Source of the DNA: Octopus bimaculoides
Taxonomy: Eukaryota
Direction of reading: 5' to 3'
Length of the DNA stretch: 64,000 nt
Assembly (NCBI RefSeq): GCF_001194135.2
Contig: NC_068981.1
Location: 95,127,618 to 95,191,617, forward strand
The first letter of the stretch is position 1. Every line of letters begins with the position of its first letter. Shown here piece after piece: positions 49,023-60,599 of the stretch. The translations under genes were made by a program, and so were the position numbers. The notes under the pieces are model-generated. The model had not been told where the DNA came from, did no database searches, and saw only the letters and a list, made by a program, of their open reading frames with translations.

Positions 49023-49642
49023 NNNNNNNNNNNNNNNNNNNNNNNNNNNNNNNNNNNNNNNNNNNNNNNNNNNNNNNNNNNNNNNNNNNNNNNNNNNNNN
49101 NNNNNNNNNNNNNNNNNNNNNNNNNNNNNNNNNNNNNNNNNNNNNNNNNNNNNNNNNNNNNNNNNNNNNNNNNNNNNNNNNNNNNNNNNNNNNNNNNNNN
49201 NNNNNNNNNNNNNNNNNNNNNNNNNNNNNNNNNNNNNNNNNNNNNNNNNNNNNNNNNNNNNNNNNNNNNNNNNNNNNNNNNNNNNNNNNNNNNNNNNNNN
49301 NNNNNNNNNNNNNNNNNNNNNNNNNNNNNNNNNNNNNNNNNNNNNNNNNNNNNNNNNNNNNNNNNNNNNNNNNNNNNNNNNNNNNNNNNNNNNNNNNNNN
49401 NNNNNNNNNNNNNNNNNNNNNNNNNNNNNNNNNNNNNNNNNNNNNNNNNNNNNNNNNNNNNNNNNNNNNNNNNNNNNNNNNNNNNNNNNNNNNNNNNNNN
49501 NNNNNNNNNNNNNNNNNNNNNNNNNNNNNNNNNNNNNNNNNNNNNNNNNNNNNNNNNNNNNNNNNNNNNNNNNNNNNNNNNNNNNNNNNNNNNNNNNNNN
49601 NNNNNNNNNNNNNNNNNNNNNNNNNNNNNNNNNNNNNNNNNN

Positions 49643-50024
49643 TGATAAGCCGATAACGTACACTGCTGTCGTTGACACTGTAAGACTGTCTGTAATGTGA
49701 CAATGTCGTAAGTGAACACAACTAAAAATTGCAGTATTACCCAATGTTGCTCGGCTAGCTGCTGCGTCGAGTAGTCACGTCTCGTCACGTGTACGCGTAG
49801 TCTGCCAATAGCGTGCTTGACGGACTCTTCGAGACACACTCACAACAGACAGGAACAAACGTATGAATTTTGTTAGCGGACTTAAAGTTAGCAGAACTAA
49901 ACTTAACGGAAGCTAATTGGTCCGCTAACAGTCTCCAAAGTTAGCGAAAACGTTAATCCGCTAAACGAAAAGTTAGCTTCGCTAATTAGCTGTTTGTGGA
50001 TTACCGGAACCGTGCCCACCACTG
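49643..50024 (-). mobile_element. hAT transposon 5' terminus
   Basis: 326/332 identical to 42243-42574. Ends GTGCCCACCACTG, i.e. CAGTGGTGGGCAC on the minus strand, a hAT-type terminus. Confidence 0.75.
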
Positions 50025-50095
50025 CTTATTGAGAACAAATCATTTATTTCTTTTGACTGAACGCGAGGCTAGTAGCTGAATGGTAGTGGTACAAT

Positions 50096-50254
50096 CAGTG
50101 GTGTAGCGTGGTTTTGGACCAACCTGTGTAATATCCAAATTGGCCACCCTTTCTTTAAACGTAACATTCTTTCGATTTCAGAAAAAACACACCTATATAA
50201 AGAGGCCGCCCGGTGCGTTCTGCATACCAAGCACAACCCACGCTGTGCCACTTG
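50096..50254. mobile_element. Possible small hAT-type MITE
   Basis: CAGTGGTGTAGCGTGG ... CCACGCTGTGCCACTTG imperfect TIRs; weak TSD. Confidence 0.3.
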
Positions 50255-51477
50255 GTACGGCTGATTGAATAGCTTCATAATATTACCGGAACTAAAGAAG
50301 GAGCCTGTAGGTAGCCTCATAGCCTACTAGAGATAGCGTAGAAATCTTCCTCAAATCACACCCTACTTTTTTAAAATGATAAGACATGTTAGATATCGTA
50401 CTCTGTTACAGAAAAAAAGATGGGGATAGTTACGCTAGAACATCTTTAATTATCATTTTACTCGATCAGGGCCGACTTCAGTTGAACAAAACAACGGAAA
50501 CAAATTTTTTTTATCGATCCTAGTGTGGTGAAAAGCGCTCTACTGTTTCTACCAGCTCAAAGCCCCTTTTTGTTTAATCATGAGCAATTATGTATGAAGC
50601 TTTTTTTCTCCATCCCAAAAGGCCGTGGAACGCTATTACCAAGACAGAAACAACACAAGACTGTCATATTTTCAACACTAACCTGGAGCATTGATAACAT
50701 GATAACAAAATGAAATTATCTAGGGGCAGTACAGGGAAAAACATACGTGTTGTTTTCATAAAAAAAGATTGGAAGTTATTGGTTTAGAATCAGCATTGTA
50801 TTGATTTTAATCTAATTTTTTCTTTCTCTCATAATTCCTTGAAAGGACGTCTGCTCACGCTATTCAAATTGTAACAATGATTTATTCTATAACGCTTCTG
50901 CTCGAGTGTATACAAACCTTCTGGCTTAATTATTGATTGCTTTTTGTTGTTGCTCAATCATCTATACAGCTGAGAGACATTGTCAGGTGACTAACTAGAA
51001 GAAAGGCTGAAATAGGCTTTTCGTGTTTGCTCGAAGCTGACTCGACGAATTGTTGTGCGGAGGGTAGAGGAAGTAAATGATATTTTGCAACAATATTTAT
51101 CATTTTCTTTAACACATTTATAGAGCTTATATTTTTTTTTTCCCTTTTTTTTTCTGTAACTGTTTATTTGATCTAAGAGAATAGCAATTACAATAGAAAA
51201 TTGTCTGATTGCTGGTGATTAAGATTCGCATCTAGTAATGCATTTCAAAGCAAACATTTATTTTTTGCAATAATCCCTAACGCTTGTACCAAATGACTTG
51301 ATAATAAGCACTTTCTGCATTTTAATTTGTCATTTTCAGTATCAACAAATTCATGGTTTACAAAGTATATGTTAATTTACAAACGTAGGAATACAAACGT
51401 AGGAATACAAACATATAACACTTAACACATATATATATATATGGTAATCTTAAGAGAAACACCAAAATATAAAATCA

Positions 51478-51625
51478 TAGCCAGGCATAGTTGTGTGATA
51501 AGAAGCTTGCTTCCCAACCACGTGGTTCTTGGTTCAGTCCACTGCGCAGCATCTTGGGCAAAGTGTCGTCTACTATAGCTTCGGCCTCACCAAAGCCTTG
51601 TGAGCGGATTTGATAGACGGAAACT
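51478..51625 (-). mobile_element. SINE family A head
   Basis: Reverse-oriented or rearranged head sequence GTGTGATAAGAAGCTTGCTTCCCAACCAC...GACGGAAACTG matching the family A 5' half; reads like the plus-strand head, so the strand is uncertain. Confidence 0.45.
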
Positions 51626-51779
51626 GTAAGCGCACGCGTGTGTATAATACATAGTAGCAGGGACTTACAAATCCAGGCAGGTATTTTGTGAGCACTCTGC
51701 AACTATCCAAACCTGGCTAACTGTATTGATCAATAGGTGTTCATAAAATCTAAATTGAACTTACATCCGTGTTTGTACT

Positions 51780-52200
51780 CCTAGTTAGATTAGTGCATCC
51801 AAAGTTCGCTTAGGAGAATTTGGAAAAGATTCCAGAGGTTTGTTAACAAGAGGTGAACTGGACCAGTTCCAACGGAGTTGGATGAAGCTCTCCAACACTG
51901 GAGAGAATTGGGCTTATCTGCTCCAAAGAGGGTGGGGGACTGTCGGAGTCAGAGAGCTTGGGACAACATAACTTCGAAGGCCACCTTCGACTCCCTCTTC
52001 ATCCAGACGGACCAGTTTTCAAGGTGCCGCTTACTGTCTGCTAGCGCCAAATACTCAGGTGACTGGGTTGATGCCATCCCTGTGACTAATGTTGGTAACC
52101 TATTCAGCTTGGACGAACTTCGTGTCTCCATTGCCATCAGAGTGAGAGCTGACGTATGCACGGTTTTGATCTGTCGTCGTGGCAGGCTCCTCGACTCCAC
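51780..52200 (+). mobile_element. CRE-clade non-LTR fragment
   Basis: DEALQHW...SQRAWDNITSKATFDSL...RCRLLSASAKYSGDWVDAIPVTNVGNLFSLDELRVSIAIR. Confidence 0.85.
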
Positions 52201-52207
52201 ATACGTA

Positions 52208-52345
52208 TATAGATAAATTCACAAGAGAAATGAGCAACACACAATTACCATTTCTTGACATAATGGTAATTAAAAACAACACCACAATTACAACTGACAT
52301 TACAAAAGCACAGATACACACCAGTACCTAAATTTCAAATCATGT
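52208..52345 (+). mobile_element. Penelope-like RT thumb fragment
   Basis: IDKFTREMSNTQLPFLDIMV...ITTDI-.KSTDTHQYLNFKSC. Confidence 0.8.
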
Positions 52346-52619
52346 TTTGGCCAAAGTAATAGCCGAGAGGTTGGCGCTTGTCATCGATAAACTGGTCGAC
52401 AGGGCGCAAACATGCGCCGTGCCGGGCAGAAGTATCCATGACAACCTCCACCTCATGCGCTACATCATGGACAGGGTAGTTAAGGATCCTGGCATGGGTG
52501 GGGCGCTGATCAATTTAGATCAATCTAAAGCCTTCGATAGGGTCGACCATCGATACCTGGCGGCCGTCCTCAGGGCAGCTGGCTTTGGTCCCGTCTTCCG
52601 CGGTTGGATCGCTGCCTTG
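52346..52619 (+). mobile_element. Tx1/L1-clade LINE RT fragment (uninterrupted to the gap)
   Basis: LAKVIAERL...QTCAVPGRSIHDNLHLMR...LINLDQSKAFDRVDHRYL..VL...GFGPVFRGWI. Confidence 0.9.
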
Positions 52620-53339
52620 NNNNNNNNNNNNNNNNNNNNNNNNNNNNNNNNNNNNNNNNNNNNNNNNNNNNNNNNNNNNNNNNNNNNNNNNNNNNNNNNN
52701 NNNNNNNNNNNNNNNNNNNNNNNNNNNNNNNNNNNNNNNNNNNNNNNNNNNNNNNNNNNNNNNNNNNNNNNNNNNNNNNNNNNNNNNNNNNNNNNNNNNN
52801 NNNNNNNNNNNNNNNNNNNNNNNNNNNNNNNNNNNNNNNNNNNNNNNNNNNNNNNNNNNNNNNNNNNNNNNNNNNNNNNNNNNNNNNNNNNNNNNNNNNN
52901 NNNNNNNNNNNNNNNNNNNNNNNNNNNNNNNNNNNNNNNNNNNNNNNNNNNNNNNNNNNNNNNNNNNNNNNNNNNNNNNNNNNNNNNNNNNNNNNNNNNN
53001 NNNNNNNNNNNNNNNNNNNNNNNNNNNNNNNNNNNNNNNNNNNNNNNNNNNNNNNNNNNNNNNNNNNNNNNNNNNNNNNNNNNNNNNNNNNNNNNNNNNN
53101 NNNNNNNNNNNNNNNNNNNNNNNNNNNNNNNNNNNNNNNNNNNNNNNNNNNNNNNNNNNNNNNNNNNNNNNNNNNNNNNNNNNNNNNNNNNNNNNNNNNN
53201 NNNNNNNNNNNNNNNNNNNNNNNNNNNNNNNNNNNNNNNNNNNNNNNNNNNNNNNNNNNNNNNNNNNNNNNNNNNNNNNNNNNNNNNNNNNNNNNNNNNN
53301 NNNNNNNNNNNNNNNNNNNNNNNNNNNNNNNNNNNNNNN

Positions 53340-53394
<55 letters not shown>

Positions 53395-53401
53395 TTGTCT
53401 G

Positions 53402-53448
<47 letters not shown>

Positions 53449-53650
53449 GTCTGTCTGTCTGTCTGTCTGTGCATGTATACATACATGCATTCATGCATCA
53501 TACATACATAGACACACACATACATACATACATAGACACACATACATACATACATACATACATACATAGACACACATACATACATAGACACACACATACA
53601 TACATACATACATACATACCTACCTACATACATACATACATGCATACATA
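53340..53650. repeat. Compound (ATCT)n/(GTCT)n/(CATA)n/(CA)n microsatellite
   Basis: Directly visible. Confidence 0.95.
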
Positions 53651-54478
53651 CATGGCAATTGCTCCATTTTGACAGATGACTGCTTTCTGCCCATGACCGC
53701 TCAAATGACTACTCGTCTCACTGCAGATCTGCACGGTTTGAAGTCTAGGTGGCGGACGAAAGTTGTAACTTACAGTGCTCTTCCAGCTGGTTAGGTCTGC
53801 ACAAGTCACCACTTTTCCATCACCAGAGGACTTTTAAGAAATGAAGTGACAAATGAGGTCATCGTAAAGAGACATCTGTGCAACATTAAATCATAATGAT
53901 AAACACTAGTTCAACACAAATACCACTTAGTGACAAGCCTATGTGAGCCGACCAGTAAACACATGAAACCACAGGTTTTACATACATACATACATAAACG
54001 CTCACACACATACTCACACACACACAGACATATTGGGGAGGAGAGAGTGAATAAGAGAGAAATAGAGGGTGAGAGAGTGAGATAGAGAATAGTAAAAAAA
54101 AGGAGAGATGATTCATAATTTCACTCTGCTCTGCAGCTGTTTCTACTGTAAGAATGCAATCGTCATAATTCATAAAATAACGTAATTATTAAACAAAATT
54201 TCATAATTAATTTCAATGAGATAAATATACGGTTTCATTAGGAGATAAAAATTGAACAATGAAGATCAAAACATCGTCGCTGTTTTAAGTATATTTGCTT
54301 GTGAAAACATTATTTTTTCCTGTTTTAAATACGTTTCCTGAAAAATCATTTTGGCCAATTTTATATGTATACAAACTTATTCCGGTTATACTTATTGCAT
54401 TGTAATAATATTTCGGAGCTTAACGTTATGCTAATAAGTGAGCCCTGAAATGCAGTGGATATATTTTATGGTGCTTAG

Positions 54479-54553
<75 letters not shown>

Positions 54554-54554
54554 T

Positions 54555-55140
54555 GTTGAAACCAAGGGCTTGTCTTCTGAAACATTGTCACGCATTGCAC
54601 TGTTGAAACCAAGGACTTGTCTTCTGAAGCATTGTCTTGATGCAACAAAACCCGTTATTTTCCCGGGGCGTTTGGTCTTGCTAGCTTTTCTTAACTTCCT
54701 CAGTAAGTTGACATAGTATTCTCCATTGAAGTCAGTCAATAATTAACATGCACTGACGACAGTCAATAAATGCAAAATGCATACCCAAATACTGAGGCCA
54801 TCACCTTCCCTGCAGATGAAACGACATTGGTCTTCTTTGGAGAAGGTGAGAAGAGATGCTTTTAATGTTTGGATTGTCTCATTGTCTCTGGCTCAGTGAT
54901 GAAGCCAATACTCTTCCTGAGATGGGAAGCGTTCAAGGAAACCGGCTGGATCTACCTGAAACCATATCTGATTTTCCCGTGATGTGAATAGCCTGGTGCG
55001 CTTTTGATCAGATATCATAAGACGTGACACCCACCGAACAGAAACCTCCATCATGCAAAGTTCATTGTGCAGATATTCTCAAACCTCAGTCGAGATATAC
55101 TAATAGCATTGATTATTTGATTTGTTGCCAATCACCAGTC
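54555..55140 (-). mobile_element. Mariner transposase relic
   Basis: ARWVSR..SDQKRTRLFTSREN, SSAGKVMASVF and NGEYYVNLLRKLRKASKTKRPGK; includes a 46-bp local duplication. Confidence 0.75.
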
Positions 55141-55191
55141 ATCTAAAACCATGTGCTGTACACGAGTGTTGTTTTCCTCATCTTTATATAT

Positions 55192-55225
55192 ACTAGCAGA
55201 GATACTCGGCCTTGCTCGGGATGAA
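55192..55225 (-). mobile_element. Helitron-type 3' terminus (hairpin plus CTAG|T)
   Basis: Minus strand CCCGAGCAAGGCCGAGTATCTCTGCTAG followed by T. Confidence 0.5.
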
Positions 55226-55754
55226 AATGACATAGTTTTTTTATTGTTATACTACATGCGTGGGAAATTCTGTCTGTGGGTGTGTTTGTTTGCGGAGTTG
55301 TTAGCTAACTCCTCCTACATCATTTCATCGTATCTGATGAAACTTGACACGTATGTAGAACTCATGTCTGGAAACCTCATGGCATATTCAGAATGTTGAA
55401 AAAAAATCGATAATGGCCCCTGGAAAGGATCCTTATATATAACAAATATATTTTATTTTAACAGCCAAGGGAAATAACCCATTCATTTTCCTATATTATT
55501 TGGTATAAATCAAATTGAGTATGCTTAATTCTTAGTATTTGAACTGTTAGAGTTATTTTCGTAATTTATCCAGTACAACCCTTAAACAAGCAAATAGTAT
55601 TTTCTTAACCAAAGATCCACTTACTTCGGTTAGTGACTTATTCACGAATATACCATGAATGACGATGCTTTTCATGTCACTTCATTCAATTGACAAGCGC
55701 TGCATGAAGAACTGTTCTGCTTTTAGACAAACTCACTGTCAACACAAAGGTCAC

Positions 55755-56480
55755 ACCCTGTTTACATGTAGAAACACCTTCTTAAAATCCATCTGTACAT
55801 CTTGAAGATGGCCAGCGTGTATATTTCACAAAAGACAATGTTCGAATCATAGTTCTGAATCCATGAGAAACTACTTTGACAGCTTTCTTCAAATTTTTCC
55901 AATGTGGTCTGTTTGGCCGAACACTGTTGTATGTAGAGGTCCACGTTACTGTACCTGGGTACACAATAGATGGAACAGACGCAAGCAAGGAACATGCATT
56001 GAGGGCTGGGAAGAAGATGCTGTCTTCGGAAGTGGGGGGCCATCGCGCGAGTGTACACTGTGCACCCTAATCAGCAGGAGTGCTTCTTTGCACATCTACT
56101 GCTGCACACTGTCAGAGGTCTTACATCATTCACAAACTTTCGAAGACACCATGGGAAGTCTGCACGACCTATAGAGAAGAGACTGCGCCAAACATGGACT
56201 ACTAGAGAACGATGCGCACTGGGACCAGACACTGGAGGAGGCAGTAGTCAGCACAGCACTAAGTCAACTGCACCAGCTATTTTCTATCATGTTGATGACA
56301 TGTGGCTTGCATAAGCCTCACAAGCTTTGGGTGATCCACATGGCAGAGGACATCTAGAAAGGATTCAAAGGCGAACCTCAGCGGAAATTGCCACGTTCAA
56401 TGACGCCATTTACAATGAGGCTTTACTTGACCTGGACACCCGAGTGCAAGCTATGGGAGAACAAGGCAATTCCACATTTG
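55755..56480 (+). mobile_element. Helitron RepHel coding relic
   Basis: VHLEDGQRVYFTKDNV, TTLTAFF, RTLLYVEV, ARVYTVHPNQQECFF..LLLHTVRG.TSF, GLLENDAHWDQTLEEA and IYNEALLDL. Confidence 0.9.
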
Positions 56481-56831
56481 GTTATTACATAACTGACTTC
56501 ACGATTTGGTATTCATAACTTATTGGGAATTCCTAAAAACAAGATCTTGTGTAAGACATTTCGGCATTCTCTGCAAATGCACAAAAACCGTTTTGAGAGC
56601 TACAATTATGAGAACAGAACCAAGGGATAAGCCCCGCTTTTCCAGGAATNNNNNNNNNNNNNNNNNNNNNNNNNNNNNNNNNNNNNNNNNNNNNNNNNNN
56701 NNNNNNNNNNNNNNNNNNNNNNNNNNNNNNNNNNNNNNNNNNNNNNNNNNNNNNNNNNNNNNNNNNNNNNNNNNNNNNNNNNATATATTAGTGATGGTCA
56801 TGTGTGTGTGTGTATTTATGTAAGTAAATAT

Positions 56832-57236
56832 CAGGGACGTGCCCCTAGGTAGGCAAGGTAGGCAGTGCCTACCTTGAATAAAATAGATTGATACCAACAT
56901 TTTCCATTTATGGTAAAATATGGAACTAATTCAATAAAATTATGAAGGTTATTCTGATTACTATGCATAAAATGCAAAATATTTTATTCTTTTGTAGATT
57001 AAGTAGGCATAATTCGCCCCTGCTTTTCAATCTTAGTATTTAAACTACGCATAGTACTGCTGTAGTGCACTTGCTGTGTACACTCCTACAGCACCGTTTT
57101 CTTTACGAGCTATACAGGCAGAAGTAAATCTGCCTTCAACTCAGTCGCGCGCTTGTGTTTCGCTTATTTTTTGTGTTTTACGACATAAAGGTCACCAACT
57201 ACCTGCCCTGACTAGTTACTGACGGCACTTGCCTTG
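56832..57236. mobile_element. hAT-like MITE
   Basis: CAGGGACGTGCCC start with a decayed inverted end; a partial second copy lies at 60838-61004. Confidence 0.4.
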
Positions 57237-57344
57237 TATGTATGTATGTATGTATGTATGTATGTATGTATGTATGTATGTATGTATGTATGCATGTATG
57301 TATGTATGTATGCATGCATGCAGATTTGTATGTTTTGCTTTATG

Positions 57345-57950
57345 TATGTATTTTCATGCATATAGTTGCACGTCTAAATATGTTCATATATATTTAGATG
57401 GTAAACTTCTAGAGAGTTTTACAGATTTTTACAGTTCCAGTGAAGGATTGGATTTGTAGTCTTCGAATTAGCTTTCTCCTCTCTGGTTTAGAGAAGCCTG
57501 ATTTCTCAAGATTGGTGATTAGACAGTGTGTTACATAGCCCAGTCTCCCAATAATTACAGGTATAAAAACCTGAACTTGTAATCTGGATAGAGTGACTGC
57601 AGATTTCTCAATGGTTCCACGTAGGTATTCTCTTTTTCATTGATCTTCAGCTTTATGTTAACATTCGATGGGCAGCTAATTTCCACAACTGTGCACCGTT
57701 TCCCTTCTTTGTCTCAAATCATTATATCAGGTTTTTTGTGGTTACATTTTATTGAGGTCATCACTGGGACATTCAACCAGTACTTCTTTTTATTATGAGT
57801 GGCTATGGCTTCTACCATAATGTGGGTCCTTATTTCTTTGTCCTCAAGGTTATCCTTCCGACAGATTTCATTATAATGTCCTAGCTACATCATGTCTCAT
57901 CGGTAGATATACCGTGATGACATTTTTGGACAACTGCTTATGATGTGATG
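57345..57950 (-). mobile_element. R4/Dong-like RLE non-LTR 3' fragment (second family)
   Basis: HIISSCPKMSSRY, KPDIMI*D..KRCTVVEISCP, PVIIGRLGYVT and RRLQIQSFTGTVKICK; (TATG)n on both sides. Confidence 0.85.
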
Positions 57951-58294
57951 TGATGTGCTGTATGTATGTATGTATGTGTGTATATATGTGTATGTGTGTG
58001 TGCGCACGCGCATGTAATATTCTATCTTTTTTATTAATTTAATCTCTTGTCACATTCTCTCTCTTTGTTATATATTACTCATGAGTTGGTAACGATTTTG
58101 CTCTTGTTTTTGCGACAAATAAAACAAAAACATGTGGTCAATTGGCAAAATCGTTAAATTTGGTTACAGCTCTTCATTCTAGGTTCAAATCTTGCCGAGG
58201 TCAAGTATTTTCCTTTTATCCAACTGGATTCGTTAATTTAAATACCCGTAAAGTATAGAGTCAACACAACTGACTCTTACCTACAACAAAGAGA

Positions 58295-58795
58295 GGTAAT
58301 TGTTCACTTTACGTGCGTAAATAAAAAAAAATGTAAAGGGACATAACTAAAGCGACATAGCTAAATACAACAAAATATGGGCCGAAGAAATGTTTCTTAA
58401 TTGAAGTACCTGATCGTACTGAACAACTTTGACAGCATTGGTTGAACGACGGCTTCTACCATTGTAGATTCTACTATAGTAAGTGATGTCTGGCAATCTA
58501 ACAATAATACTGGAATTCTAAATGGTAGTGTGTACATTCACGAGGTGATTGTACATGAAAAAAAATTTCGTTCATCTTGCCAATGAAGACACCCTCACGT
58601 AAAATACAGAAAATATGTGGATGCATGTTAAACACAAGTTACACCGTCAATTTGAAATTCCAGAGGCTTTGTTTGTTTCCTATTTGCACGAGTTCATATG
58701 GCGCAATTTAGTAAACAAGAATAAGTCACTTTACTTCTTTTAATTAGTTATGTCCCTTTACTTTTTTTTTTACGCATATAAATTGAACAATTACC
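58295..58795 (+). mobile_element. Merlin (IS1016/IS1595-like) DNA transposon, internally deleted, 501 bp
   Basis: About 55-bp TIR GGTAATTGTTCA.TTTA..TGCGTAAA...GTAAAGGGACATAACTAA; GG..CC termini; 8-bp TSD CAAAGAGA/CCAAGATA (6/8). Confidence 0.85.
58385..58710 (+). pseudogene. Merlin/ISXO2-like DDE transposase fragment
   Basis: KKCFLIEVPDRT, DSTIVSDVW, YIHEVIVHEK-FV, T*NTENMWMHVK and SYLHEFIWRN, read through frameshifts. Not in the ORF track. Confidence 0.8.
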
Positions 58796-58965
58796 CCAAG
58801 ATAATTTCCGAGACCTTCATCAAACAATAAGATATGCAAATACAGAATCGGCAGCCATGTAGAATGTAAATAAAAATTTCGGTTTGGAGAAAGTATTGGT
58901 GATCTGCATCAGTAAAAATTCAATAAAATAATGTTTGAAAATTTGAGTAGGTTTCGTATATAATA

Positions 58966-59370
58966 GGCGCAGGAGTGACTGGGTGGTAAGTAGCTTGCTT
59001 ACCAACCACATGGTTCTGGGTTCAGTTCCATTGCATGGCACCTTGGGCAAGTGTCTTCTACTACAGCCACGGGCCGACCAAAACCTTGTGAGTGGATTTG
59101 GTAGACGGAAACTGAAAGAAGCCCGTCGTATATATGTACGTATGTGTGTGTATATGTTCGTGTGTTTGTGTTTGTCCCCCACCCCAACATCACTTGACAA
59201 CCGATGCTGGTGTGTTTACGTCCCCGTAAGTTAGCAGTTCGGCCTAAGAGACCGATAGAATAAGTACTAGACTTCAAAAGAATAAGTCCTGGGGTCGATT
59301 TGCTCGACTAAAAGTGGTGCTCCAGCATGGCCGCAGTCAAATGACTGAAACGAGTAGAAGATAAAAGAGA
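58966..59370 (+). mobile_element. SINE family A (full length)
   Basis: GGCGCAGGAGTGACTGGGTGGTAAGTAGCTTGCTTACC head through to the tail. Confidence 0.9.
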
Positions 59371-60042
59371 AAAATAGAGAAAACTGAAATTTAATGCATT
59401 GAGCCGGGTTTGCTCTCTGAAGAAAAGCCAACTCGAAAGTAGTATGTCACTTTGCTTAAATGAACGCACTGCAATTATATCTCGTTGAAATGTGTAACTG
59501 ATAATAAAATCCATAATATAAATATCTCTGCATGAATAATTGTGTATAGCAGGGGTCGCTATCTACCAGGCCACTATCAACTAATAGCGGGCCATACATC
59601 ATTTGATACCGGGACATTATTGAAAGGATAAATTGAAAAATTTTTTTTTTTTGACTTTATTGACTATCGCAGTCTGCAGGGAGTTTTTGCATTATAAATA
59701 TATGTGTATTACATATGTAATGATTAAATTATGTTTTATGAACATTATTTTGTTTTGTTATATGCGTGTGCCTCTGTTCCACGCGCCTCTGTTCCATGAA
59801 AAAATTGTTTTGCGTGAAATCGGTGCGCGATGCGTAAAAAAGTGGGAATCGTTCGCATATAGCGATACACGAAGACAATAACATCAGGTTTTTTGCATAC
59901 CAAGGGAAACAACTCTCCAAACTGGAAAGTTGCTACCGCGACATCAGGTTCATTCTTTACATGTTAACACTTTGTTTTGATGCTAAGCTCAGTATAATTG
60001 AAAATATATGAAAAATAATTTACACGTTACTTGATCCGCTTG

Positions 60043-60599
60043 GGATCTTTTTTAAAACGGGGGCCACATTTTTCATTAACGAAACACTTTGAAACTTGGA
60101 ACACTGGTAGAATGTGTCATATAAAACATCTTTTTCTCTTAGTCTTCTTAAAAAAAAAAGAAATCCCTAAGTTATTCCATATTAAAGTTGTCGTATTTCT
60201 GTAATTTCAACCAATCACTGACGTACATTAAGTGCCGACTACATAAACAAACGATTCTGAAACAATTCTATCGGTGATAGGGTTAGGGTTAGGGTTAGGG
60301 TTAGGGTAAAACAGCAAATTTAAAAAGAAAAAAGCAAAACGAAGCTATGGAAATTAAATACGCTTTAAACCGCTTAATCAGCCAAAGGAGTAAATATAAA
60401 CAACTGAATACTTGTCAGTGATTGATTGAAATTATCGAAATAAGACAATTTTTTACATGAAATAAATTCGAATACAAAAATATTTTTCTGTTCTATAACA
60501 CAAAATAGATAAGTATACGAAGTTTGAAAGTCTTTCGGTACCAAAAACACTACGTAAAACATTAATGAAAAATGTGGCCCCCGTTTTAAAAAAGAATCC
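60043..60599. mobile_element. Telomeric foldback family, subfamily variant, 557 bp
   Basis: TIR GGATCTTTTTTAAAACGGGGGCCACATTTTTCATTAA; (TAGGGT)5 at about 60277-60307; decayed TSD. Confidence 0.85.

Noticed and set aside
48884-49839. Long ORFs spanning N runs (also 21176-21817, 24434-24915, 52585-53569)
   Set aside because: Their length comes from X residues in assembly gaps.
53645-53890. Possible mariner remnant (GD-KW-like motif on the minus strand)
   Set aside because: A single frameshifted motif with no TIR; insufficient evidence.
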